NCBI RefSeq assembly: GCF_036321535.1
Contig: NC_087436.1
Location: forward strand, 16,120,001-16,184,000
Direction of reading: 5' to 3'
Length of the DNA: 64,000 nucleotides
Source: Camelus dromedarius
Taxonomy: Eukaryota
The notes under the pieces were generated by a model. The model was not told the DNA's origin and did no database searches. It was given only the letters and a program-made list of their open reading frames with translations. A program made the translations under genes and the position numbers. This document shows, in pieces, positions 25,493 through 38,745 of this stretch; the first letter of the stretch is position 1; every line of letters begins with the position of its first letter.

Positions 25493-28400
25493 ACAAAGCA
25501 GGATTAGTCTTGATACTGAATTCTCCAATACAATGGTGAAAGATTGTCACTATTTCTGAGTAATTAAAAGATGAAATAAAGCTGAAGAAAATATTTTAAA
25601 GACAATTTTATGATTTAATTGTACCAAAACTTTTGCATCTTTCCAAAGATGATTATTACATTTTAATACTTTTATCAAATGGGTACAAAGCCCATTGAAA
25701 CCCTAGGTTAGGAAGCTCTGTTTAGAAGTTGTTTTAATTAAGGGTACAAATTTGAGAGTTTTCATAGGTGATACAAGTAGTTTTTAGCAACAAAAGCACA
25801 TAATGATGGAAATATTCTTAATCTGTTTCTATAATATGTGTTTTTCAAATGTAGTTACTTTTTTCATTGCTTAAGTGCTACCTTTGTGTCAAAGGGATAT
25901 ATTAGATGTGTTTATTTATTTTTAAATAGCTGCTATGTAGCATATTATTGCCACAGAAAGGTTCATCAAATTTGGAATGATTGTCTTTTTATAACAGAAA
26001 TTACTACCATCATCCCATTCAACCATTATCAGTTGTATTTTTGTCCTTTTCATCTTATTACAAAGTATTTTAAGTATTCTACTATTTAAGATACTGAAAT
26101 CTGTAAACATGTTCAGTTAAGCTCAGTATGTCTCAATATGCTAAGATTGCATACCACGTAAGACAAGATTACTGATACTCAAATTGGGTGAAAATGCTAA
26201 AATTAAACTATGTATATTAAACATTAGTAAAGCTTAATTTCTTGCTTTTCCCCCTATAAATTAAATATAAATAAAGGTTGTACTTTTACCTTCCAGCATT
26301 CAAATGAATTATTTCATGTATCCCCTGGGTACAAATAGCCTACTTTGAAATCACTGCCCTGAAGAATGGGGTGCTATTGAAGTGTTCAGAATAAGCTGTT
26401 GTTGTTAACAGATTTTCTTTTTAATGTTCTGGCATCTCTTTTTGGTTATGGATTTGAAGAAGAAAAATATTGTCAATAAGGACATGATAGAAAAGTTTCT
26501 CAATAGCAGTAGCATAGGAAATAGATATGGTAGAGCTGTGTAACTGCGTGTAGATGTGAGAATTTTTTAGGAGGAGAAAATGTTTTGAGGTTTGATTTGT
26601 TGAGAGGTTAAGGTGAGGTTAAGGTTGACAGCCAGGCTTCTTGCTTGGATAACTGCATGGATGATGGTCAATATTAGAGAGTTAGGAAACAGAAAGCTGA
26701 TTTTGTAATTTATATTTCTGTATATACCTTTTTTAAAAAGAACTATTTTATAATTGTTGGGCATTTTCATTTATGTTCATATTCTCCGTCTTCTAAAATT
26801 GACAGAATATAATTATAAAGATACAGGATTGGAATGTATTCCTTCATTTCCTTCCCCACTACATTCACATTTTCTTGACGATTTTGAGTGGCATGACTTA
26901 TATACATGTATTAATACTTGTTATCCATTAAAATTTACTGTTAATTACCCAACATGGTTTGAGTTTACAAAATGGCGTTAACGATAACTCAGAAAAGAAA
27001 TAGAGAAACCAAGTAGATATTTTTGAAAGAGTAGATTTTATTGCTCTATGGTATGTTCAACAGAGGTTAACAGGTTAAAGGAAGAAGGATCACAAGTACT
27101 TCGTGTCTTTCTTTCAAAACTTTAACGCTCTACCATGAATATTATAAATGACTGTTTTTCCTTTAGAAACTGACTTGCTTTAAAATGATGTATGAAATAA
27201 TATGTGTTTTGCATGTCCTGTTGTAATGATAAAGGTCATATAGTATCATTTACATAATCTCTAGCCAGAAATGAACTCAGTAATATCCTTGGTATAACAT
27301 ATACATTATCTGAGGTTTAAAACTCTCATTATTCATGAAAGTTAATTTTACAGTGGGTGTGAATGATCTATCTTATGGCTGGTTTTTTGATCATTCTATA
27401 AAATAATGTGGAGCAAAGCCTGCTCAAATAACAGGAAAACCAGTAAAGAGTGATGCATTTGCCTGACTCTCTGTATACCCGATTGGATCTTGATTGATGG
27501 CAATCATTTGTCTTTGTCAAAAAAAAGGAGAAAAATTCAGACATTGAAATAGGAGTGCTATCAAACTTTCTACAATGGCAGAAAGATTCTATTAATGTGG
27601 GCTTAGAGTACTAACTGTCTCTGTTGGGAAATGATAAAGAATGTTAATTTTTTTCCTTGAGCATATTTAAGTATAAAATGCATTATTTTATCTACTGTTG
27701 GGATTAAAAGAATACTTTTGATTTATGACAGACTGGAATTGATGAAAGCCAAAAAAAAAAAGGCTTATAATGATGGAGAAAACAAATAGATCTTAATCCA
27801 TTTTATTATTTTTTTCTTAAGGAAATAATAAAAATTTAACATAGTGTCATAAAATCCTTCCTGCTGTATTCCAACTGATATTGGACCTCGAAAGGTTGAC
27901 TTCAAAGAGGGTTAGATTAGAAAACATATTTTTAACTGATTGTCTTTTCTTTGGAATTCTTTTTTCTTCCTGAATATTAGAGCAGGAAGACATTCCCAAC
28001 AACATTGTTTTTAAATCTAAAAAATTACCTAGCTGTGATTTGGAAATAGAAAGAGAATGTTAGAACTGTAATGTATTAAAAGACACAATAACTGAATAGT
28101 ATTTTGCATCAAGACCAATTCTGTCCTTTAATAATTTCTCGCAATGATAAATACATCTTATATATTATTGCATAAATATTTTATGTATGTTATGAGTACA
28201 GCATTTACTTTGTATTTGATTTTGAACATTTGCTTTCTACCATATTTTAGATTGTTAATTTAGCCTTAGTTTTAAAGTTATTTTGAAAATAATTAAAAAT
28301 GCAAATAAAATTCTGTAGAAAATATCTTAAAAATTAAATAGCTATGTTTATATTAATAATGATTTGAAATATATACAAATTTAAATAAGGCTTGTTATGT

Positions 28401-31400
28401 CATTTATTGCAGAATTTTTTTGTCAGAGTTCTTTGCAATATTGCACTGAAGTTTATTATTTGTGTAACTGTTGATTAATATTCAGCATACAGTAGCTCTC
28501 ATTTTCTGTGGTGCTGGATTGGAACCAGTAATGCTGAGCAGTCCCAAATTATTTATATCTAGCTTTAAAATGTGTTTAATTTTTTTCAGTCTAATATGAG
28601 ATGATCCTATATTTATATTTTTTCACAAAACTGTATGTTTGAAACATTTGCTGTTGATAATTATGCTCTAATAAATGAAAGATGAATATTTTAAATTAAA
28701 ATAGAAATTTTGTCATCTTTCAAAATAGAAAATTATTATAGCTATAATGTTTTTTAAAGTAGTATTTTTAGAATTATCTTTCTATTCAAATTATTTTTGA
28801 GTATGTACATCTCAAGTTATATGCACTTTAATTAAATTTTTGGAAACTTCATTTGGGTTTTCATGCCTTTCTAATGTTAATCTCATACTGTGTGTTCAAA
28901 AGGAAACAATTTAGTGCTTGTGTAATATGGGACACTGAAATGTTGGTGTGTTAAAAATGGCTTTATGGGTTGTTTCTTATGAATACTTATTTGACATGTG
29001 CACTTAAGTACTTAAATCTAGTGCCACTATTCTCTGTAAATTAGTTTTTGACTTAGATGAAAACAATTCATGTGAAAACTATGGTCTCTTATTTATTTTA
29101 TTAATGATGTGTGATACTGAAAATGAACCCTTAGTGTAATGATGATTTCAGAATTTTCAGTGAGTGATTAAGATTTCATAGTAATTTACTTTTTTTGTTA
29201 CTTTTTCTAGTTTTACTGAGAAATAATTGATATACTTCGCTGTAAAAGTTTAAAGCATACAGCATGATAGTTTCATTTACATATATTGTGAAATGATTAC
29301 AGTAGATTCAGCTAACATTTATCATCTCCTGTAGATACAATAAAAAGAAAAGAAAGGAAAAAGTTTTTTTCTTTAGTGAGAACTCTTGGGAGTAATTCTC
29401 AACAACTTTCCTGTATATCCTACAGCAGTGTTAGCTATGTTCATCCTGTTGTACATCATATCCTTAGCACTTACTTATCTTATAACTGGATGTTTGTAAC
29501 TTTTGACCACCTTCCTCTAGTTCCCTTTTCCCCCCTGCTCCTTTTTTGGTAATTACAAGTATGATCTCTTTTTATATAAATATGTTTTCTTTGTGTGTTG
29601 TTGCTGTTGTTTGGTTTTTAGGGGTTTTTTTGGATTCCACATATAAATGAGCTCATACAGTATTTGTCTTTCTCCATGTATTTCACTTAGTGTGATGCTT
29701 TCAAGTTCTATCCATTTTGTTGCAAATGGTAACATTTCCTCTTTTTTTTTTATGGCTGAATAAAATTTCATTGTGTATGTATACCAAAACTTCTTTATTC
29801 AGTCATCCACTGATGGACACTTGGGTTATTTCCATATCTTGGCTATTATACATAATGCTGCTATGAACACAGGAGTACAGATATCTTTTTGAGTTAGTGA
29901 TTTTGTTTCCTTTGGTTATACTTCCAGAAGTGGAATTGTTGGATCATAGGATAGTTCTATTTCTAATATTTTGAGGATCCTCCATAGTGTTTTCCATAGA
30001 GGCTGTGTCAATTTACAATCCCACAAACAGTGCATAAGGGTTCCCTTTTCTCCACATCCACAATGTTTATCTTACCTTTTTGATGATGGTCGTTGTAACA
30101 GGTGTGACGTAATATCTCATTGTTTTAATTTACATTTCCCTAATGACTAATGGTTTTTTTTTTTTTTTGAGCTTCTTTTCATGTACATGTTAGTCTTTTG
30201 TATATTTTTTCTTTGAAGAAATGACTGTTCAGGTCATTTGCCCATTTTTAAATTGCTTATTTGGTTTTTTTGCTATTGAGTTACATGAGTTCTTTATATA
30301 TATCTTGGATATTAACACTTCATGAGATGTATGGTGTGCAAATTTTTTTCCCATTATGTAGGTTGTCTTTTCACTTTGTTGATGATTTCTTTTGCTCTGC
30401 AGAGGATTTTTAGTCTGATATAGTTTTACTTGTTTTTTTATTTTTGTCACTTGTCCTTTAGGTATCCAAAAAATGGTTAGGTGTCCAAAAGGTTATTACC
30501 AAGATCCATGTCAAGGAGCTTTTTTCTTATGTTTTCTTCTAAGAGTTTCATGGTTTCAGGTCTTATGTTTATGTCGTTAATCTATTTTGAGTTATTTTTT
30601 GGGAGTGTGGTAAGACCCAGTTTAATTCTTTTACATGTGAATATCCAATTATCCCAGCATTCTTTGTTGATAAGACTGTCTTTTTTCTATTGAGTATTCT
30701 TGATTCCCTTATCAAATATTAATTAACCATGTATGCTTGGGTTTATTTCTGGGCTCTCAGCTCTGTTCCATTGGTCTATTTGGCTGTTTTTATGCAACTT
30801 CCCTACTATTCTGATGACTATAGCTTTTATAGTGTAGCTTGAAATCAGAAAGTGTCATGCGTTCTGATTTATTCTTCTTTCTCAGGATTTTTGGCTATTC
30901 AGTGTCTTTGGTTCCATATAAATTTTAGAAGTGATTTTTCTACTTATATAAAAAAGTACCATTGGAATCTTGATAGGGATTACACTGAATCCATAGATAG
31001 CTTGGTAGTATTGACATTTTAACAATATTAATTCTTCCAATGCATGAATACAGGATACTTTTCTATTTATTTGTCTCTCCTTCAATTTCTTTCATTGGTT
31101 TCGTACAGTTTTCCGAGTAGACATCTTTCACCTCCCTAACTGAAATTTTTCTTAAATATTTTATTATTTTTGATGCTATTGTAAATCAATTTCTTTCTTT
31201 TTTAGAAAATTAATTATTAGTATGTAGAAATACTACTGATTTTTGTGTCCTACAACTTTACTGAATTCATTGATTAGATCTAACATTTTTTGATTGAGTC
31301 TTTAGGGTTTTCTATATTTAATATTTTGTCACCTGCAAATGGAGAAAAATACATTTCTTCCTTTCCAATTCTGATACCTTTTACTTTTTTTTTTTCTTGT

Positions 31401-33737
31401 CTGATTGCTCTAGCTAGGAATTCTAGAACTGTGTTGAATAAGAGTAGTGAAAGTGAGCACTCTTGTTTTGTTCCTGACCTTAGAGGAAAAGTTTTTAGTC
31501 TTTCACCATTAAGTGTGTTGTTAGCTGTGGGCTTGTTATATATGGTCTTTATTATGCTTAGATCTGCTCCTTCTATTCTTAAATTTTTAAGAATTTTTAT
31601 CATGTATGGATATTCAGTTTTGCCAAATGCTTTTTTTTGCATCTATTGAGATGATAAGTTTTTTCTTTACTTTCATTCTATTAATGTGATATATCACTAT
31701 CACATGGATTGATTTGCATATGTTGAAGCCATCCTTGCATCCCAGGGATAAATCCCAATTGAATATGATGATGAATGATCCTTTTAATGTGCTGCTGCAT
31801 TTGGTTTGCTAGTATTTCATAGAGAAGTTTTGCATATGTATTCATCAGGGTATTAGCCTGTAGCTTTCTTTTCTACTAGGATCCTTTTCTGGTTTTGGTA
31901 TCAGGATAATGCTGGCCTCATAAAATGAGTTTCTTCCTCTTTTATTTTTTGGAAGAGTATGTGGACTGGTGTTAATTCTTCTTTAAATGTTTATTAAAAT
32001 TCACCGGTGAAGCTAGCTGGTCCTGGGCTTTTTCATTGTTGGGAGAGTTTTGGTTACTGATTCAATTGTCTAACTGGTAGTTAGTCTATTCACAACTCAA
32101 TTTTGGTAAGTTGTATGTATCTAAGAATATTTCTGCTAGGTTGTCCATTTTGATGGTTTATAGTTGTTAATAGCAGCCTCCTACTAAAGCCTTTGAATTT
32201 CTGTGATGTCTGTTATAATGTCTCCTTTTTCCTTTATAATTTTGTTGATTTGTGTCTTTTCTCTTTTTCCCATGGTTAGTGTTGGTGTTTCAGTTTTATC
32301 TTTTTAAAGAACCAACTCTTAATTTGGTTAATCTTTTCTATCTTTTTTTGTTTTTTGTTTCATTTGTTTTGTTCTAATCTTAATTTCCATTATTCTAATA
32401 ACTTTGGGCTCAATTTGTTCTTCTTTTTCTAGTTCCTTAAGGTGTAGAGGTTAGGCTGTTTATTTGGAGTCCTTCTCAACTTAGATATTTATTGCTATGA
32501 ACTTCCCTCTTAGATCTGCTTTTGATGCATCTTACAAGTTCTGGTGTGTTGTGTTTCCATTTTCATTTGTCTCAAGAAACTTTTTTATTTCCCATTTAAT
32601 TTCTCCTTTGATCTATTCGTTGTTTAGGAGGGTGTGGTTTAATTGCCATGTGTTGATGAAGTTTCCAGTTTTCATGTTGTTACTGATTTCTAGTTTTATT
32701 CCATTTGGTGAAAGAAGGTTTCAGTCTTCTTGAATTTGTCAAGACTTGTTTTGTGACCTAACATGGTATATTGTAGAAAATGTCCCATGTGCTATTGAGA
32801 ATGTGTATTCTGCTGTTTTGGGGTAGAATGTTCTCTTTATATCTGTTAAGTCCTTTTGGTCTATAGTGTTGTTCAAATCCACTGTTTCCTTATTTATTAT
32901 TTTTCTGAATGATCTACCCATTGTTGAGAGTAGGGTATTAATGTCCCCAACTACTGTCTTACTGTTTATTTCTCCTTTTACCTCTGTCAGTTTTTGCTTT
33001 ATATGTTTAGGTGTTACAATGTTGGGCACATAAATACTTACAGTTTTTGTATTTTCTTGATATATTTCCCCATTATCATTATCTGGTGACTGTCTTTGTC
33101 TCTTCCTACCATTTTTAGTTTAAAGTCTGTGTTGTGTGCTGTAAGTATAGCTATCCCTGTTTTATTTTGGTTACCCTTTGCTTGAAATGTCTTTTTCCTT
33201 CCATTTACTCTCAGTCTATGTGTTTTAGGCCAATGTGAATCTCTTGTAGGCAGCATATTGTTGGATCTTGTTTTGTTTTTAGTTTGTTTTTAATATAGTC
33301 ATTCTGTGTCTTGTAATTGAAAAATTTGATATGTGTCTGTTTAAAGTAATTATTGATAGGTAAGGACTTACTACTGTTAATTTTTTCTTATTATTTTGCA
33401 GACCTATTTTTCCTTGTTTCTTATCCTGCTCTTTTTTTGTGTGTGTTTTGATGTCTTTTGGTGTCGGTCTTCTTTGACTTTTCTAATGTGTTCTTTTGTA
33501 TAATTACTTTAGGATTTCTCCTTGTAGTTACCATGAGGCTTAGATAAAATATATTAAACTTGTAGCACCCTGTCTTAAATTGATAACAACATCAGTAGAA
33601 TTTGTAAACTTTACACTTCAACTCCTCTTTACATTTTAGGTTATTACTATTACAATGTGCATTTTTTAATACTGTTTTACTAATAACAGGTTATTGAAGT
33701 TATGGTTATTTTTACTATGGCTATTTTTACATTCTTT

Positions 33738-33756
33738 TGTGTGTGTGTGTGTGTGT
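33738..33756 (+). repeat. (TG)n microsatellite in the L1 inter-ORF spacer
   Basis: Read directly from the sequence. Confidence 0.9.
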
Positions 33757-34588
33757 ACCTTTTAAACTAGAATTGTATGTGAATTATGCACCACTATTAC
33801 CATATTGCAGATTCTGTGACTATAAATTAACTATTATTAGTGAAATTCATACTTCACTTTTAATGTTTTACGGTGTTAATTAGTATTCTTTTAGATCCAC
33901 TCAAAGAACTCCCTTTAGAATTTCTTATAAGACAGATCTGGTGTTAATGAACTCATTCAGCTTTTTGTTTGTGCAGGATAGTCTTTATCCTTTCTTTCTT
34001 TGTGAAGGACAGCTTTGTTGATTATAGAATTCTTGATTGACATTTATTTTCTTTCAATATCTTGAATATGTCATTTAATTCTTTACTGGCCAGAAAAGTT
34101 TCTCTTCAGAAATTCTCCAATAATCTTATGGGGGGTTCCCCTGTATATAACTTCTCTCTTCTCTTTCTGTTTTTAAATTTTTTTCTTCATCTTTGACTTT
34201 TGACAGTATAATTATAATGTGTCTCTATGTCACTTTACCTATTTGGGATGTTTCAGCCTCATGGATCTAGATGTACATTTCTCTCCCCACATTTGGGGAG
34301 TTTTTAGCCATTACTGCTTTAAATATGTTTTCTGTCCTTTTCCCTTTCTTTTCTTTCTGGAATTCTTATAATGCTTTTTTTTTTTTTTCATTGTGTTTCA
34401 TAACTGTTGTATGCATTCTCCACTCTTTTTTTCATTCTTTTTGTTTTGTTTTGTTTTTGCCTTTTGGGGTAATTTCCAATGTGGTATTCTCCAAGCTGCT
34501 GATTCTTTGCATAGTCTAGACTATTTTTGAAACTCTCTATTGAATTCTTAAGTGCAGTTGTTATGTTTTTCAACTCTAGGATTTCTTT

Positions 34589-34725
34589 AAAATTTAATTT
34601 TATTTTTTTTGGGGGGAGGAGGTAATTAGGTCTGTTTATTTATTTTTAGGGGAGATACTGGGGATCGAACCCAGGACCTTGTATATGCTAAACATGCGCT
34701 CTACCACTTGAGGTATGCCCTCCCC
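34589..34725 (-). mobile_element. tRNA(Ala)-derived SINE, camelid Vic-1-like, nested in L1 ORF1
   Basis: Minus strand reads GGGGAGGGCATACCTCAAGTGGTAGAGCGCATG..GGTTCGATCCCCAG..CCTAATTACCTCCTCCCCCC plus an A tail, with A and B boxes. TSD ctaggatttcttt (34576-34588) / ctacgattttttt (34726-34738). Confidence 0.88.
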
Positions 34726-36696
34726 CTACGATTTTTTTTTTAATGTTTATTATTTCTTTGTTGAGCTTGTTTTGTTCATGCATTGTTTTATTTAGTTATC
34801 CATCTGTGTTTTCTTCTAGTACACTAAACTTCCTTAGGAGGATTATTCTGATTTCTTTGTGTTATAGTTCATAGATCTCCATTTCTTTAGGCTTGGTTAT
34901 TGAAGTGCTGTTAGTTTCCTTTGGTGTTGTCATATTACCTGATTTTTTTGTGATCCTTGATTCTTTACATTGATAACTGCACATTTGAATAACTAGGCTT
35001 CTCTTCCAGACTACAGATTTGCTTTGACAGAGGCAGATCTTCACTTTTCAGCTCACTTTGGGTTTCTGGGCATGTCTGCACGTAATGTCCTTTGACAAGT
35101 GGGGTCTGGTTTAACGGTCTTTTTCTCTGTGAGGCAAATGTTTGAGCTCTGTGGACAGGGATGGAGGTGCATGTCTTTGGCTGATCACAGTTGGAAAAGA
35201 CTGCTGGCTTGTTTCCTTACCCAAGTGAGGGTGGAGAATGGATTCTGCCATTGTCTGGATGCTCTAGTCAGGCATTTGGGTGATCAGGACTTGGTACAAT
35301 GTTCAGTAGTAGATGGGGCTGTAAATTAGTTTCTGCTACACAGCTTCTAGGTGCTGTCATCAGCTCTTCTGATCAGGTATTCCTGGCAGATCACCTATTA
35401 TAGTAATTAACTTGTCTGATGAACACAGTGGAAAACCTCTTAAAGTGTTTATTTATTCAAGAACAAGATACTTAGTTACTGTCTCCACACTGGTCAGTTG
35501 TGTGGCTTATGTCTATTGGTAAGTTTGCTCGTAGGAGATCTCAAAAGGTAAGAATGGGGAGAACCAGTAGCCTATACAGTTTGAAAAGCTCGTTTGAGTA
35601 TTTTTGTCTTTTCCCTATTTGACATGACACTTGTTACCACTGTTTACTACTCCTCATAACTGTTCTAAAGCATTAACTTTATACTTGTTTCATTTTATAA
35701 CTTTCAAAACTTCATATTCTGGTTATATTCCTTGATTACAAGGAGTTCTTAAGAATAAGTAATTAAAAGTCAGTCCAATAAAAAAGTAGTGTGTCTTACT
35801 GAAAATCAGTTAAAGTCATCTATTTGAGATTTTTGTCTTCCTTCATTATCTGAAAGCATTTAATTTTAAAAAATACATTTGACATGTTTTTTAGTTCCTT
35901 ATTTTTATTTAATTTTAATTAACATGTTTTTATATATGCATTAGTTGTATAAACATGACTCAAAGTCTGCTAGTACCAATTAAACAAATTTGGTGGCCAA
36001 ACTTATATGATAGGAATTTTTTTCTTTTTGTATGAAGGTGTGAATAACTCTAGGTTTGATATGTTGTTCCGTCGACATGGTGATAATGGACAGAATAAGA
36101 TTCTTGTTGGAGAAACAACGATACTGAGAGGAAGGAAATTCATAGGCCCTTTTAGGAGTAGTAAGAAAAGGATATATTGTTTGTGGGTGTTAATTTGGTA
36201 GTAAGGAATATTAAGAGAGTAGAAGTACAAGTCAGTTATGTGGGGAGATTTTCCTTATTGGAGTTGTTTTTACTAATATCAATCTTCTCTTCCCTCCTCT
36301 CTTTAAGGAGAAAAGAGAAGCCACAGTAATTTTAAATACTAAAATTGCCTAATAGGAATAAATAATTTAATTGGAAATTAGGAAATCTACAAAAGAAACC
36401 TGGTGATTTAATATATTTGTATATATAAAATACATCATCTCCATCCTGTCCTAATATCCTGTAACTTCATGTTACTGGTATATCATTTTATTGGAATAGT
36501 ATCGTCAAATTCTCAAAAAGATGTTTAAGTTGAGTATTGAACATTTTTTTTGTATTCACAAATCATATAGGATCTCAGTAAGAATTAGCAAAAAAGTCTA
36601 AAGAAAACAAAAACTTCAGATACATGATATAGTTTATCATTCACCATCCTTGTGTTTAAATTAGTGATATTGTCACTGAGGCATGGTAATGTCCAA

Positions 36697-36812
36697 ATAT
36701 ATATATGTGTGTGTGTATGTGTATATACATATATATATATAAAATGATAGCTAATATGTTTCATTTTATATATATATATATAAAATAATAGCTAATATGT
36801 TTCATTTTATAT
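36697..36812. repeat. (AT)n/(GT)n microsatellite with a 41-bp tandem duplication
   Basis: aaaat(g/a)atagctaatatgtttcattttat at 36741-36769 and 36782-36810. Confidence 0.9.
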
Positions 36813-36834
36813 CTATACATTGCCAACTACTTAA

Positions 36835-37568
36835 CTATTTTATCTAATTTTTATTATAATTCTTTGGGGTAAACGCAATTTTTGTCCCTACTTTAACATT
36901 TAGAAACCAATAGTTAGAGAAGCTAAGTTGCTTTCTCAAGATTATTTAACTAGTGGTGGTGTGTGAGAATAGATTCTTGCCTTGTGCAGGAAAGAATTCA
37001 AGAGCAGGCATGATAAAGTGAAAGCAAGTTTATTTAGAGATACACACTCCATAGACAGAGTGTGGTCTGTCTCACTCAGAAGGGAGAGCAGCTTAGGAGA
37101 TACACACTCCATAGGTAGTGGAGGACCATCTCAGAAAGGCAAGAGGGAGAGAGAGACCGCGAGGCGTAAGGGTATTTAGTTTAAAAGCAGATACACACTC
37201 CATAGACAGAGTGTGGGCCATCTCAGAAAGCAAGAGGGAGAGTGACCAGGAGATGCGGAGTTGTTAGGTTTTATGGGGCCAGTAAATTTATATGCTAATG
37301 AGTAGGAGGATTATTCCAACTACTTTGGGGAAGGGGCGAGGACTTCCAGGAAACACCCCCACCCTGCCCACATTTTCATCTTTTAAGTTCAGCCTAGGAA
37401 CTGTCTTGGTACCTGTGGGTGTGCTGTGAGGCTCAAGGTCTACTGGAAGTTGAATCTTCTGCCATCTTGGTTCTAACCAGTGTGCCCTGTCCTCAGTGTC
37501 TGTGTCATTCCTTCAGTGGTTGTGCCCTGACCCCTTTCCTCCCACTTCAGTAAGTGGTTGAGCCTGAA
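36835..37568 (-). mobile_element. MIR split by an LTR
   Basis: ttagagaagctaagttgctttctcaagatt..aactag, then the LTR, then taagtggttgagcctg. Confidence 0.55.
36954..37549 (-). mobile_element. ERV1 (MER4/MER41-group-like) solo LTR
   Basis: TG..CA ends. gattcttgccttgtgcaggaaagaattcaag..aaagtgaaagcaagtttatt (AATAAA on minus), gccatcttggtt, and internal direct repeats. Confidence 0.8.
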
Positions 37569-38239
37569 TAAGAAAAATGTTAGAATTCTGTGTTACTTAG
37601 AAATTTACTGTAGTATTGCTTATGCAACAAATGTAGAGAACTTTACCAAAATTGACAGTATTTACCATTATTTTCCTATGAGAAAAGTTACAAGTTTTTC
37701 TTTTCGTTAATTAAATCCTACTTGGTATTGTCACAATGTTTGAATACATAGGTAATTTAATTTAAGTATGATTAGTGTTTGTAATAGAAATATAACTAGG
37801 ACCCCTACTGATGTTGAACTTGCAGAATATCTTTGTCCATTTTTGATTTAAAAGCACCATTTTGATTGCTTTCTCAAAAATGGAAGAACAAGCCTGTCAA
37901 GCATGACACAATAAGAAGGCAGAATTAGCTCATAGCTGCCATAAAACGAGTATTTGCATTAATAGCATTTAAACTCAAAGACGATTCAGATTTTTCAAAC
38001 ATTTTACTTGAATACATTCATAAATTGAATATGATAATGTACTCTATTCATATAATGTTTTGGTATGTGTATGTTGTGGAGGGCAGCCCAGTTATTTGTA
38101 ACATATTCAGTTTAGTAGAGTGCTGTGAACATTGTTTCAAAAACTATTGATACTACTAAATTTTATAAAATATCCTCAGCTAGCTGGGGAAGATTTTTCT
38201 CAGGTAGGATTCAAATTGGCAAACTTTGTTTCCCTTTTA

Positions 38240-38745
38240 AATTATATAACATATATAGAAATACATTCTTATAAAATATTCAATCATGTGAAATTCCCCT
38301 TCACTACCTCAGCCTACCCATGAGTTTGTCTTTCCTCCCAGTGGTGAGGAGTTAAAAATTTGATCTGCTGTCATCTTGTTTCTTCTGCCTTTATAAACAC
38401 ATGTAATTAAAAAAATACAATTGGTACCATGCTGCATGTATTATTTAACTACTGGCCCTCTTTACTTATATTCTGTGCTGTTTCATATGTATCATTCTGT
38501 TTAGCAGGTGAATAGTATTTCACTATACTATTCACATTCTGTAATTTATTTGACCTTTTTCTACCGGTGAACTTCAGCTTGCTTCTAATACGTACTTATT
38601 ATAGAAGTGCTACAGTCCTGGCAGATTCATCTTTGTGAGTATGTGTCAGTATTTCCATAGGACACATATCTAAAAGTGAAATTTCTCTATTGAAAGGTAT
38701 TATGTACAATGAAAATTTCACTGAATATTGTCAGAATGCCTCCTT
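38240..38745 (-). mobile_element. Old L1ME 3' fragment
   Basis: gtatttccataggacacatatctaaaagtgaaatt..gaatattgtcagaatgcctcc. Confidence 0.55.

Larger units (their letters stand above)
29192..35399 (-). mobile_element. Near-full-length (~6.2 kb) inactive L1, antisense to LRBA
   Basis: T-rich tail at left. ORF2 remnants include RT KAFGK..YNKPTAN..FPLRSGTKQECSLS (31280-31642) and EN HRLRVNGRKKTFQAKGNQ (33038-33256). ORF1 remnants ~33890-34980. TSD atagtaatttactt (29178-29191) / atagtaattaactt (35400-35413). Confidence 0.92.

Noticed and set aside
34650..34725. tRNA-Ala gene
   Set aside because: The acceptor and anticodon arms are degenerate, and a SINE tail, A-rich end and TSD follow. It is a SINE.
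30229..35044. Cluster of RT/endonuclease/ORF1-like ORFs as an active element or novel RT system
   Set aside because: These are fragments of one decayed L1 with many stops and frameshifts, and ORF1 is interrupted by a SINE.
37038..37205. Three spaced direct repeats resembling a CRISPR array
   Set aside because: Mammalian DNA, irregular spacing, spacers related to each other, located inside an LTR, and no cas genes.
38190..38209. Possible recursive splice site (tttttctCAG|GTAGGA); similar AG|GT at ~42954 and ~45345
   Set aside because: Short pyrimidine tracts or weak donors. Such motifs are expected by chance in 59 kb.
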